From Bdellovibrionota bacterium (GTDB lineage Bacteria; Bdellovibrionota_C; UBA2361; OMII01), in NCBI GenBank assembly GCA_044345405.1, contig JBIJBE010000016.1, positions 1-64,000 of the forward strand: DNA of 64,000 nucleotides, in the 5' to 3' direction. This document shows, one piece after another, positions 19,259 through 28,094 of this stretch. Within the stretch, counting starts at the first letter, position 1. Every line of letters begins with the position of its first letter. The notes under the pieces are model-generated. The model was not told the origin of the DNA and ran no database searches. It saw nothing but the letters and a program-made list of their open reading frames with translations. A program made the position numbers and the translations under genes.

Positions 19259-21085
19259 GTGATGAAAACGAATCCCGCGGAGCTCAAGACTGTGCTTGTT
19301 ACCGATTGTGGCTCAACCACAACAAAAGCGCTTCTCTTTGAGCGTCGTGAGGATAGGTGGCACCAGACCTTTCGAGGTGAGGCGCCCACGACGGTCGAGG
19401 AGCCTACGGCGGACGTGACCATCGGTGCCGTGAACGCATTTACGGAGGTTCAGGAGTTAAGTGGTCGAGCGATCGTTACGGAGGGCGAGTCTCCCTTCGT
19501 CGTAACGGAAGGTGATCCATCTCAAGGCATCGATCTCTATCTCTCGACGAGCTCCGCGGGTGGTGGTTTGCAGATGCTCGTCGCCGGGGTTGTTCGAAAT
19601 ATCACAACTGAGTCCGCTGAGCGCGCGGCGCTTGGCGCTGGCGCAATCGTGATGGAGTCCGTCTCAGCGGATGATGGACGGGAGGATTACGAGCGGATTG
19701 AAAAGATTCGGCATATTAAGCCTGATATCGTTTTAGTGACCGGGGGTGTCGATGGCGGCGCGACAAGTCACGTTGTGGAGATGGCGGAGATCCTGGTGGC
19801 TGCGTCCCCGCGTCCTCGATTCGGTGATACGTTAAAGCTGCCGGTTATCTACGCCGGTAACGCCGAGGCGGCCGACGAAGTTGCTCAGATCCTCTCGAAA
19901 AAAGCGCAGGTTGTGGTCGTGCCGAATGTCAGACCAACGCTCGAACAGGAAAACCTCGGTCCGGCGCGCGAAGCGATTCATGAATTTTTCCTCTCGCACG
20001 TCATGAGCCACTCACCTGGATATGGGAAGCTCATGTCGTGGAGTCCGATTGCCATTATGCCCACCCCCGCGGCCGTGGGAGATATCGTGCAGATGTACGC
20101 GAAGCAGACGGGACAAAATGTCCTGTGTGTAGATATCGGAGGAGCTACAACCGATGTTTTCTCAGTGTTTGTAGATCGAGCGGGAGCGCACGCGTTTAAC
20201 CGCACAGTGAGCGCGAATCTTGGCATGAGTTACTCGGTGGCGAACGTGCTTGTTGAGGCCGGCGTTTCGAATATAGCCAGGTGGCTTCCCTTTGACCTTA
20301 GCGAGACTGAGCTGCGTGACCGTTTGCGTAATAAGATGATCCGTCCAACTTCGATCCCGCAGACAGTTCACGACCTCTGGCTTGAGCAGGCGGTATGCAG
20401 AGAGGCGCTTCGTCTATCACTCGATCATCACCGCTCCCTCGCGATCGGTCTTGAAGGGAAGCGAGAGAAGGGGATAGCCGACGTGTTTAAGCAATCCTCA
20501 GAGCGTTATGAGCTCGTTGACCTCATGCGCCTCGATGTGGCGATCGGATCTGGTGGAGTGCTGAGTCATGCTCCCTCACGGATGCAAGCGGCACTCATGC
20601 TGGTCGAGGGCTTTGGCTTGCAGGGAATAACGCAGCTCGCGGTGGATTCTATATTTATGATGCCACACCTGGGGGTTCTGGCGTCCGTGCATCCGCAAGC
20701 CGCGCGGGAGGTTTTTGAGAACGATTGCCTGATCTACTTAGGGCCATCAGTCGTTCCAGTGTATCCCGCTAAACGTCAGGTGCAGGGAGAGTTGGCGACC
20801 GTATTCCTTAATAACCAAACCCTTGGCTCCGTCATCGCTGGCGCCGTAACGCGATTAGCAACCCCAAGCTCGGGTAAGGGAACCCTTCGGGTCGTTCCAT
20901 CGCACGGGTTTGTGGATGTTGGAGGTGGTCCCGGTAAGCCGTTCGAACGAGAGGTAACCTTGGGTGAATGTGGTGTCGTGTGTGATGGGCGAAATCGACC
21001 TTTCACTTTGCCAGAGCCGCGCGCTGCAGCACAACGAAGTGTATTTTCCAACCTAGGACTTCTCGGGGAGGCGGCAGATGTCTAA
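19259..21085 (+). CDS. glmL: GlmL/MutL-family (glutamate mutase L) actin-like ASKHA ATPase with a C-terminal extension
   Basis: Phosphate-1 VTDCGSTTTK, TSSAGGGLQM, GGVDGG, phosphate-2 VDIGGATTDVFS, adenosine GSGGVLSH. Confidence 0.85.
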   Translation: MMKTNPAELKTVLVTDCGSTTTKALLFERREDRWHQTFRGEAPTTVEEPTADVTIGAVNAFTEVQELSGRAIVTEGESPFVVTEGDPSQGIDLYLSTSSAGGGLQMLVAGVVRNITTESAERAALGAGAIVMESVSADDGREDYERIEKIRHIKPDIVLVTGGVDGGATSHVVEMAEILVAASPRPRFGDTLKLPVIYAGNAEAADEVAQILSKKAQVVVVPNVRPTLEQENLGPAREAIHEFFLSHVMSHSPGYGKLMSWSPIAIMPTPAAVGDIVQMYAKQTGQNVLCVDIGGATTDVFSVFVDRAGAHAFNRTVSANLGMSYSVANVLVEAGVSNIARWLPFDLSETELRDRLRNKMIRPTSIPQTVHDLWLEQAVCREALRLSLDHHRSLAIGLEGKREKGIADVFKQSSERYELVDLMRLDVAIGSGGVLSHAPSRMQAALMLVEGFGLQGITQLAVDSIFMMPHLGVLASVHPQAAREVFENDCLIYLGPSVVPVYPAKRQVQGELATVFLNNQTLGSVIAGAVTRLATPSSGKGTLRVVPSHGFVDVGGGPGKPFEREVTLGECGVVCDGRNRPFTLPEPRAAAQRSVFSNLGLLGEAADV

Positions 21086-22187
21086 GGCGCTCACACCCGC
21101 ACTAGCTGTTACCTCTCGGGCTACGATTCGTCGCCGCCGCGATCTTCCGATCGCGGGTGAGGTGCTCGTAAGGGAAGGGGACGTAGTCGCCGGTTCTCAG
21201 GTGGTAGCTCGCGCGCAGCTTGATGGTGAGTTGCGGCTGGTACGGGTCGCGGAGTTACTCGGTATCCCCGCTTCCGATCTTCCAACGGCCTTACGAGTCG
21301 TGGAGGGTGACAAGGTCGAAGAGGGCACCCTGATTGCGGAGCTCCGCGGGCTTTGGGGGCTCTTTCGAAGCACGGTGATGTCACCGATTACTGGAACGGT
21401 TGAGTTTATCTCAAGCGCCACAGGACACGTGGGGGTGCGCGCGCCATCCACGCCCCTTAATCTCTCAGCGTATATTGATGGTCGTGTGGTCGGTGTTGAG
21501 CCGCAACGGTCGGTTATCATCGAGGCTGAGAGTACCTTCGTGCAGGGAATCTTTGGCGTGGGTGGGGAGCGACGGGGAAAACTTCGCGTGCTACCAGTCT
21601 CGCCCGATACCGTTTTGACCGAGGAGCATATCCCCGATCGCGCGGAGGGTGAGGTGCTCGTTGGTGGACATTCGCCAACCAGTGGCGCGCTCGCTAAGGC
21701 GGTGAAGGGTGGCGCTGTCGGATGTATCACCGGTTCTATCGATGATCGAACGCTCCGTGAGTACGTGGGTTACGATATCGGAGTGGCGTTAACGGGGGAC
21801 GAGGATGTTTCTATGACCCTCATTTTGACTGAAGGCTTTGGCTCCCTCTCTCTCAGCGATCGGGTACTCGCTACGCTGCGCGCCATTGATGGTCAGATCG
21901 TCTCGATAAATGGGGCCACGCAGGTTCGAGCGGGGGCGCAACGTCCTGAGATTATCGGCCCGATGGGGCCCGTGCGGCATGACCACGACGGCGGTGAGCG
22001 ATCGCTCTCGGTGGGGGCTCGTATTCGGGTGATTCGGGTTCCCTATTTCGGAGTGTTGGGAACTGTAACAGACCTTCCCCATGAACTTTCTCAGATCGAA
22101 ACGGGAGCGTCTGTGAGGGTGCTCGTCGCCACGCTCGACGACGGTCGACAGGTTGCCGTGCCCCGGGCTAACGTGGAGCTGCTATAG
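21078..22187 (+). CDS. uncharacterised protein with barrel-sandwich-hybrid-like motifs and a C-terminal KOW/SH3-like domain
   Basis: GEVLVREGDVV, VVEGDKVEEGTLIA, SPITGTV, QGIFGVGGE, LTEGFG, VGARIRVIRVPYFGVLGTV, VPRANVE. Confidence 0.75.
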   Translation: MSKALTPALAVTSRATIRRRRDLPIAGEVLVREGDVVAGSQVVARAQLDGELRLVRVAELLGIPASDLPTALRVVEGDKVEEGTLIAELRGLWGLFRSTVMSPITGTVEFISSATGHVGVRAPSTPLNLSAYIDGRVVGVEPQRSVIIEAESTFVQGIFGVGGERRGKLRVLPVSPDTVLTEEHIPDRAEGEVLVGGHSPTSGALAKAVKGGAVGCITGSIDDRTLREYVGYDIGVALTGDEDVSMTLILTEGFGSLSLSDRVLATLRAIDGQIVSINGATQVRAGAQRPEIIGPMGPVRHDHDGGERSLSVGARIRVIRVPYFGVLGTVTDLPHELSQIETGASVRVLVATLDDGRQVAVPRANVELL

Positions 22188-22206
22188 CCCGTGAAGGAGC
22201 CCTCGC

Positions 22207-23130
22207 ATGTTTGAGAAGATAGCAAAGACCCGCGCGAAGTTCTGGTTCTTGGGGCTCTCCACTCTTGTGGTCGTTGTGGGGATAGTTGGATATCTGGTGG
22301 AGGGGCGTCGGACACTCCCGCTTCCTCCGGTCATGCGGATCGTCACCGATCCGGCCTCAAAGGCTCAGCACCTTCAGGTGCCACTTCTTCACTACACCAA
22401 GGGCTCGCGATTGAAAGATCAGATAGTCCTTGATTTTGTCGGCGCCGTACATCTCGGTGAGAAATCGTACTACGGAGATCTCAATAAACGCTTTGCCTCA
22501 TATGACGCCGTGTTGTTTGAGTTGGTGAGTGATGGGAATAACCTACCAGCCATCGGGGAAGAACGACCGGATTCTCTGCTTGGAACCGTGCAGCGAGCCT
22601 TTAGCAATCTCCTTGGTCTCTCATTTCAGCTTGATGAGGTGAACTATCGCGCTAAGAATTTCATACACGCCGACCTTTCCCCCGAGGAATTAAGTGACGC
22701 GATGGCGGCGAGAGGGGAGAGCTTGCCTCAACTTCTTATGAAGCTCGTTAAGCTCTCAACTGACCCAGAAATTAAAAAATCTCTGGAGGCCAATGGCTAC
22801 AAGGAGAGTAGTCTGGAGGGGATTAATCCGCTGCTTATTCTGTTGCGAGGGCCAACGCAGGAGGACCGCTTAAAGATTCGCCGATTCATGGCGCAAGGGC
22901 TGGTTGGCTCCGACGCCATGATGAAGGTGCTTGAGGGTGATAATGGGTTTTCACTCATCACCGATAGGAATAGTGAGGTCATGGCAGTTCTCAACAGAGA
23001 GACCGCACTCGGAAAGCGCAAGATCGCCATATTCTACGGCGTTGGTCACCTCCCCGATCTACATAAAAGATTCCTAGAGCAGGGCTATCGACTGGCGAAG
23101 GTTGAGTGGTTGACCGCTTGGAACATGTGA
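22207..23130 (+). CDS. TraB/GumN-like membrane-anchored protein
   Basis: DFVGAVHLGEKSYY, VLFE, ADLS, ITDRN, IFYGVGHLPD. Confidence 0.65.
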   Translation: MFEKIAKTRAKFWFLGLSTLVVVVGIVGYLVEGRRTLPLPPVMRIVTDPASKAQHLQVPLLHYTKGSRLKDQIVLDFVGAVHLGEKSYYGDLNKRFASYDAVLFELVSDGNNLPAIGEERPDSLLGTVQRAFSNLLGLSFQLDEVNYRAKNFIHADLSPEELSDAMAARGESLPQLLMKLVKLSTDPEIKKSLEANGYKESSLEGINPLLILLRGPTQEDRLKIRRFMAQGLVGSDAMMKVLEGDNGFSLITDRNSEVMAVLNRETALGKRKIAIFYGVGHLPDLHKRFLEQGYRLAKVEWLTAWNM

Positions 23131-23140
23131 GGAAGCGCGT

Positions 23141-23659
23141 ATGAAGGTGATGGAGTATATTCGTCCGGGAGCGATAGTAACGAGGGGATACGCTGAGCGG
23201 TTGCTGAAAGGGATAATGCCTGAGAACTTCGCTCGCTTTCCCCTTACAAACGGCGCTCAGGTAACGATTAATCATCCCGCCTTTGTTTTTGGGCATCTCG
23301 CGTTGTACCCGAGTTTGATCGCGGAGATGACCGGGATCTCGAGTAAGGGAATGGAGATACCGGCGACCTACTCCGATCTCTTCAAGATGGGAGTTCCGTG
23401 CCAGGACGATCCGAACGGCACGATCTATCCGTGTATGGAGGAGATAGTGCGCACGTTTTTTTCGGGCACCGACGCGCTCATCGCGGCACTTGATACGATC
23501 TCGCCTGAGAGCCTTGACGTAGTACTTGAAAACCCCTCACGTCGGGAACGATTCGGAACGGTCGGGGCTTTTTTGGCGTATATTCTTCTCGCGCACCCAC
23601 AGTCGCACCTAGGGCAAGTGAGTGGTTGGCGTCGGTGCATGGGACTTGGTCCCGCTTAA
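23141..23659 (+). CDS. DinB family protein
   Basis: NHPAFVFGHLA and HPQSHLGQVSGWRR His triad. Confidence 0.8.
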   Translation: MKVMEYIRPGAIVTRGYAERLLKGIMPENFARFPLTNGAQVTINHPAFVFGHLALYPSLIAEMTGISSKGMEIPATYSDLFKMGVPCQDDPNGTIYPCMEEIVRTFFSGTDALIAALDTISPESLDVVLENPSRRERFGTVGAFLAYILLAHPQSHLGQVSGWRRCMGLGPA

Positions 23660-23666
23660 ACCGTGC

Positions 23667-24233
23667 CTATTGCTGCGACATCTTCTGGATCTCCTCATCC
23701 TCAAGGAGTACCTTCTTGATGTCCGCCAAGGTGACAAGGGTTGGTCGCGGACTCACCGGCGAACGTGATTTAGAGAGATCTTTTGTCGCGGTAGCCGCGA
23801 CCTCTAAGTTGGATACCACCTTCTTCAGCATGCCGTGAACCGTTCTCTGCCAGTTCATGAGCTCTTCGATGTGTTGGATCTCCTGGTCTACTTGGTCCAG
23901 AGGTGAGTTTTCGTTTATCGGGCTGTTCACACGCTCAAGGATGCAGAGAGCTTGAGAGTACTCCCGAGTCGCGAGATGATGGCGAACATCGTCATCAACC
24001 AGTTCAAGGCGATTGAGGGTCTCTTTGAGTTTTACCCATTCGTTGTCTGAGAAGACCGCGCAGTACTCGTCCGAGTGCTTCTCGAGTGTGAGGATGTGAC
24101 TTCTAAAATCGCCCACCTTCTCTTGAAACCACCGTGATTGAGCGTAGGCGCGAGCTCGAACGGGATCTCTCACAAAAAAGTACCAGCCGCAAACACCGAG
24201 AGCCCCTGCCGCTATCAGAACGAGTGCAAACAT
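23667..24233 (-). CDS. hypothetical membrane-anchored helical protein
   Basis: N-terminal TM followed by a helical region. Confidence 0.65.
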   Translation of the reverse strand: MFALVLIAAGALGVCGWYFFVRDPVRARAYAQSRWFQEKVGDFRSHILTLEKHSDEYCAVFSDNEWVKLKETLNRLELVDDDVRHHLATREYSQALCILERVNSPINENSPLDQVDQEIQHIEELMNWQRTVHGMLKKVVSNLEVAATATKDLSKSRSPVSPRPTLVTLADIKKVLLEDEEIQKMSQQ

Positions 24234-24474
24234 GAGAAGAACACCAAAACTATAGACGTCCGTATGAAAGGAGAAGACGGCGAAAAACTGAAAGTTCTAA
24301 ACGGTTAGGGGCTTTTTAGTGTGCATACCGCAACTCTCTCCCGCCTCGTCTCCACCGCTACGATGGCCAGCGTGGAGCAAATAATTGAAATGCCTTCGGT
24401 TTCGCCTTGTAGTGGCGCCTTACCTGCACCGCCGACGAGGTCTACGGGTATTTCGTAAAAACCTGGGCAAAGGC

Positions 24475-25332
24475 TTAGAGATCTGTTGTCTCCATCAAGG
24501 GGATGCTCTTGGGCTCATCGGGCCAGATCTGTTTGAACGCTATCTGTGCCTCTTGATCTGGGATCCGCGTGTTGTCTCCATCAAGAAGTAGCGAATCAGG
24601 ATATCCCGGAACTATCTTCTCGATGAGGACCTGAAGATCGCTCACCGTGAAAATAATTCGCCAACCCCCGCACCCCATCTGCCGTTGGTTTTCCTGCCAC
24701 TTGCGAATTCTGCGAGTTCGGTGAATCGATGGATCGCGGCTGAGCGCGTCCTGAGCCCGATCCATAAAGAAGACACCCCAGTTTTGCCGCAGCCACTCGA
24801 TCTGAGCGGTGGCGAGAGGGGCGTAGGTTACCGTGTATCGACTCGGCTCCAGGAGCTTCTCCTCAACGCTTGAGATCCATCCCATAGACGCGTCCGGAAA
24901 TGCGTCAACCGTTGGGACGTACGGCTTGATATCGAGGATCGGCGTTCCGTCCACGAGATCGGTATTACCGACGATGATGTTGAGCTTTTCAATTCCAAGA
25001 AGAGGAACCGCTGTTATTCCTATTGGATTCGGGCGATGGGGTGAGCGGGTAGCAAAGACCCCTCTCCGTGTCGCCTCTCCTCTCGGTGGGAGCACGAGGG
25101 GGCGCCACGTTGCGTTTTTGTGAAACCACCAGATGAGCCAGACGCGATCGAATGAGGAGAGGTCCCTCAAGGCGACGTCGTACCCCTTTCCAGGATAGAG
25201 CTGAATAACGTTCCTCTCTTCGTCCGAATTCCTGGGCTGATGGGGCGAGTCAAATTTAGTCCGCATGTTAGTGCGGATGACGCCGATCGGCTCAAAGGAG
25301 AGAGGTTCTAGGTCTGAGGGCGACTTTGTCAT
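24475..25332 (-). CDS. tsaA: tRNA (N6-threonylcarbamoyladenosine37-N6)-methyltransferase TrmO
   Basis: FEPIGVI, RGVFATRSPHRPNPIG, DLVDGTPILDIKPY. Confidence 0.93.
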   Translation of the reverse strand: MTKSPSDLEPLSFEPIGVIRTNMRTKFDSPHQPRNSDEERNVIQLYPGKGYDVALRDLSSFDRVWLIWWFHKNATWRPLVLPPRGEATRRGVFATRSPHRPNPIGITAVPLLGIEKLNIIVGNTDLVDGTPILDIKPYVPTVDAFPDASMGWISSVEEKLLEPSRYTVTYAPLATAQIEWLRQNWGVFFMDRAQDALSRDPSIHRTRRIRKWQENQRQMGCGGWRIIFTVSDLQVLIEKIVPGYPDSLLLDGDNTRIPDQEAQIAFKQIWPDEPKSIPLMETTDL

Positions 25333-25456
25333 GGCTAGGCGATCACTATGCCCTTATTTTTCTCGGTAATCTAGGTTAGGGGAGCGGTCTCAAGGGGTAG
25401 TATTATCGGTGGGTTAAAAGCTCTGTGCGGGGGAGGATGCGCCCTCCCCATCCCAC

Positions 25457-25652
25457 GTGAGCGTGCTCGTAAACGTAAACGTGAACGTACACGAAGAAGG
25501 GCCGCTAGGTGTGCGGATGGTTTGAGCGCACGGCCCCACCCGTTTTCATCGGAGGCTTCCTGGTCCGCGTAGCAATTATCGGATTTCTTATCCCTTTTCT
25601 GGGGTCATAGCGATTTGGGTACGTTCACGTTTACGTCTACGAGCACGTTCAC
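25457..25652. repeat. 34-bp inverted repeat (32/34 match) built from hexamer-periodic units, 128-bp spacer
   Basis: 25457-25490 GTGAGCGTGCTCGTAAACGTAAACGTGAACGTAC versus the reverse complement of 25619-25652, GTGAACGTGCTCGTAGACGTAAACGTGAACGTAC. Confidence 0.9.
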
Positions 25653-25799
25653 CTCCCAAACGTTCCTCGACACTCTACGGTGCAGGTGTACGTTTGGCCG
25701 CGAACCGGCACTAAGCATACCCTCTTCCGACGAACAATCGGGGTGTTACCCCTCAATTTGCCCCGACTGAGGGATCGGGGTATACCCTTTTGAATTCCT

Positions 25800-26327
25800 A
25801 TGAATCAGCACTCTCACACGGCAATTATCGCTTTTGGCGGCAATCTTGGGGATCCTATCGCGACGTTGCGGCGGGCTCTACCTATGATCGAAGAGGTTGT
25901 GGGGCCGATCGTCAAGCTCTCCTCGCTCTACGAAACCAAGGCGTTGACCTTGCGAGGAGAGGAGCACCCCAACTATGTGAACGCGGTGCTTGAGGTGTCC
26001 ACCACCTCGGAGCCGGAGGGGATCTTGAGAGAGCTCCTTCGCATTGAACACGAGCTCGGAAGAGATCGCTCCCCTGACAAACGGTGGGAGCCGAGAACTA
26101 TCGACCTCGATCTTCTCTTTGTCGGATCGACCGTTCTGAGCACTCCCTCCCTTAAGGTACCTCATCCAGAGATGGCGAAGCGGGACTTTGTGATAGAGCC
26201 GCTAGCCGAGATAGTTGGAGATTTTGTACATCCTATCCTTGGTGAGAGCATGACCGATCTAAAAGCTGCTCTTCTCGCCAGTGGTGCCGAGCGATTTGTC
26301 ATTCGCACCTTTCCTTTTGAGCAATGA
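25800..26327 (+). CDS. folK: 2-amino-4-hydroxy-6-hydroxymethyldihydropteridine diphosphokinase
   Basis: IAFGGNLG, SSLYET, YVNAV, RWEPRTIDLDLL, LKVPHPEM. Confidence 0.95.
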   Translation: MNQHSHTAIIAFGGNLGDPIATLRRALPMIEEVVGPIVKLSSLYETKALTLRGEEHPNYVNAVLEVSTTSEPEGILRELLRIEHELGRDRSPDKRWEPRTIDLDLLFVGSTVLSTPSLKVPHPEMAKRDFVIEPLAEIVGDFVHPILGESMTDLKAALLASGAERFVIRTFPFEQ

Positions 26328-26377
26328 TTTTTGAGTCGCTTGCAAGTTTGTAGCGAGCAGGACTTTGTGTCGCCCCG

Positions 26378-26483
26378 ACGTGAGCGTACCCGAACGAGGT
26401 TGCTCCGTTATTCGCCACTCAATCTAGAGAACGTACCCAGCGTAATCAGAGTGAGGAAAGGGATGTTCGTGTAGGTTGACGTT
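26378..26483. repeat. degenerate second copy of the ACGT-periodic inverted repeat
   Basis: ACGTGAGCGTACCCGAAC near 26378. The reverse complement of ~26464-26483 (AACGTCAACCTACACGAA) resembles AACGTGAACGTACACGAA near 25478. Confidence 0.45.
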
Positions 26484-26488
26484 CATGA

Positions 26489-27307
26489 TCACAGGATGCG
26501 CCACTCGGGCATGCTGACATCAGCGGCCGAGAGCGCCTCCCGTTGTCGCGCCACGTTGTGAACTCGAAGATAGGTAGGGACGTCGTGGGCCACCTGTCGG
26601 ACGGCCGCAGCTCCAATGCGCGCCGAAATATCATCCTTAGCCTCAAGATCCATCTCTCCAAGTAGTTTAAGAAATCCCTTTCGAGAGCAACCGAGAAGAA
26701 TTCCTCCCTGGGTTGAGGCAAGTTCTCCCAAGCTTTCAGCGATGAGCCATGAGACCTTCGGATCGGAGCTGATAAAGGCGCCCATTCCAGGATCGACGAT
26801 CAGGCGGTGGTTCTCGATACCGGCGTTGACGCACACCGTAATCGTCTCCCTGATCCAGGATGAGATTCCAGAGAGCGCCGATTCGAAGGGAAATCCATCT
26901 CCAAATTGGTGAGCGCCCCCGTGTGGATTGCACATGAATATATACGACGCGCGACTCAGAGCGACGACACGTAGCATTTCGGGAGATCGTTGGCCCGACA
27001 CGTCGTTAATAAAAGTGGCGCCGGAGTCGATGGCTCGTCGCGCTATCTCTGGGTGATGGGTGTCGACGGATATCGGAAGGCGGTGCGCGAGGTGAGAGAG
27101 GAGCGGGTTGATACGTCGCCATTCCTCCTCAACTCCCGGGCAGGTAGAACCTGGTCGCGTCGAGTCTCCTCCGATATCCAGCACATCGACGCCTTCGTCG
27201 ATCAAACGGCGCGCAGTCTCGGTAAGGCGTTCGTACGATACATCGCCAGTGCTATCAGAGAAGCTATCGGGCGTGCAGTTAAGGATACCTACGATTTTGG
27301 TCGCCAT
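26489..27307 (-). CDS. folP: dihydropteroate synthase
   Basis: GILNCTPDSFSD, DIGGDSTRPG, ISVDT, VDPGMG, GCSRKGF, RVHNV. Confidence 0.95.
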   Translation of the reverse strand: MATKIVGILNCTPDSFSDSTGDVSYERLTETARRLIDEGVDVLDIGGDSTRPGSTCPGVEEEWRRINPLLSHLAHRLPISVDTHHPEIARRAIDSGATFINDVSGQRSPEMLRVVALSRASYIFMCNPHGGAHQFGDGFPFESALSGISSWIRETITVCVNAGIENHRLIVDPGMGAFISSDPKVSWLIAESLGELASTQGGILLGCSRKGFLKLLGEMDLEAKDDISARIGAAAVRQVAHDVPTYLRVHNVARQREALSAADVSMPEWRIL

Positions 27308-27422
27308 ACATAGTGGTGTGTAGCACCTTTTCGAGGGGGCGGCTACGATCAGGGAAAGACCCCGTAATGTGCTATGAGAGAGCGACTAGCGCCCTCATTC
27401 TCCGTGGAATACTCTTCTAGGC

Positions 27423-28094
27423 ATGAGCGCTGAGTATCATCTGACACCCGAAGAGCAACAGATAGCGGACCGCTTCCATGACCTGTACTACACCAAGCGT
27501 GTGGGACCAGGGCATCATCGTATCTGGGAGCAAACGAAGTGGATGGGGTATCCGGTACTCAAGACACCGGCTGACCTGTGGGTCTATCAGGAGATCCTCT
27601 TCGAGACGAAACCGGACCTGGTCATCGAGACAGGAACCTACGCAAGTGGTACCACCCTCTTTATCGCGCAGATGATGGATCTGATAGGAAAGGGAAAGAT
27701 CGTATCGATCGACATCCAGGAGCTCTCTATTCGAGCTCGTCATCCCCGAATAACGTACCTTTCCGGTTCAAGCGCTGATCCAGCGATCGCCACATCCGCC
27801 GCCGCTCATGCGGCGCCGGGCGAGTCGTGTCTCGTGATCCTTGATTCCGATCACACGCAGGCTCATGTAGCGGCGGAGCTCTCACTCTTTGCTCCCCTTG
27901 TAACGGTCGGAAGTTATCTCATCGTTGAGGATTCGAACGTAAACGGACATCCGGTCTATCCGTCTTTTGGCCCTGGCCCGTATGAGGCGATCTCGGATTT
28001 CCTGCGGCGGCATCCGTCATTCGCGCCTGATAAATCTCGCGAGAAATTCCTCGTGAGTTGGAATCCGAACGGATACCTCCGTAGGGATGCCTAA
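27423..28094 (+). CDS. CmcI (cephalosporin hydroxylase-like) / rhamnosyl O-methyltransferase family protein
   Basis: WMGYPVLKTPADLWVYQEI, VIETGT, VILDSDH, YLIVEDS, NPNGYLRR. Confidence 0.88.
   Translation: MSAEYHLTPEEQQIADRFHDLYYTKRVGPGHHRIWEQTKWMGYPVLKTPADLWVYQEILFETKPDLVIETGTYASGTTLFIAQMMDLIGKGKIVSIDIQELSIRARHPRITYLSGSSADPAIATSAAAHAAPGESCLVILDSDHTQAHVAAELSLFAPLVTVGSYLIVEDSNVNGHPVYPSFGPGPYEAISDFLRRHPSFAPDKSREKFLVSWNPNGYLRRDA

Noticed and set aside
19259-21085. Glutamate fermentation (methylaspartate pathway) or DNA mismatch repair MutL
   Set aside because: No glmS/glmE or methylaspartase in the window. The motifs are ASKHA-type, not the GHKL motifs of mismatch-repair MutL.
25457-25652. CRISPR array
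   Set aside because: The two copies are inverted rather than direct, there are no regular spacers, and no cas genes are present.
27423-28094. Cephalosporin biosynthesis
   Set aside because: CmcI-family genes are widespread methyltransferase-like genes, and no beta-lactam biosynthesis genes are present.
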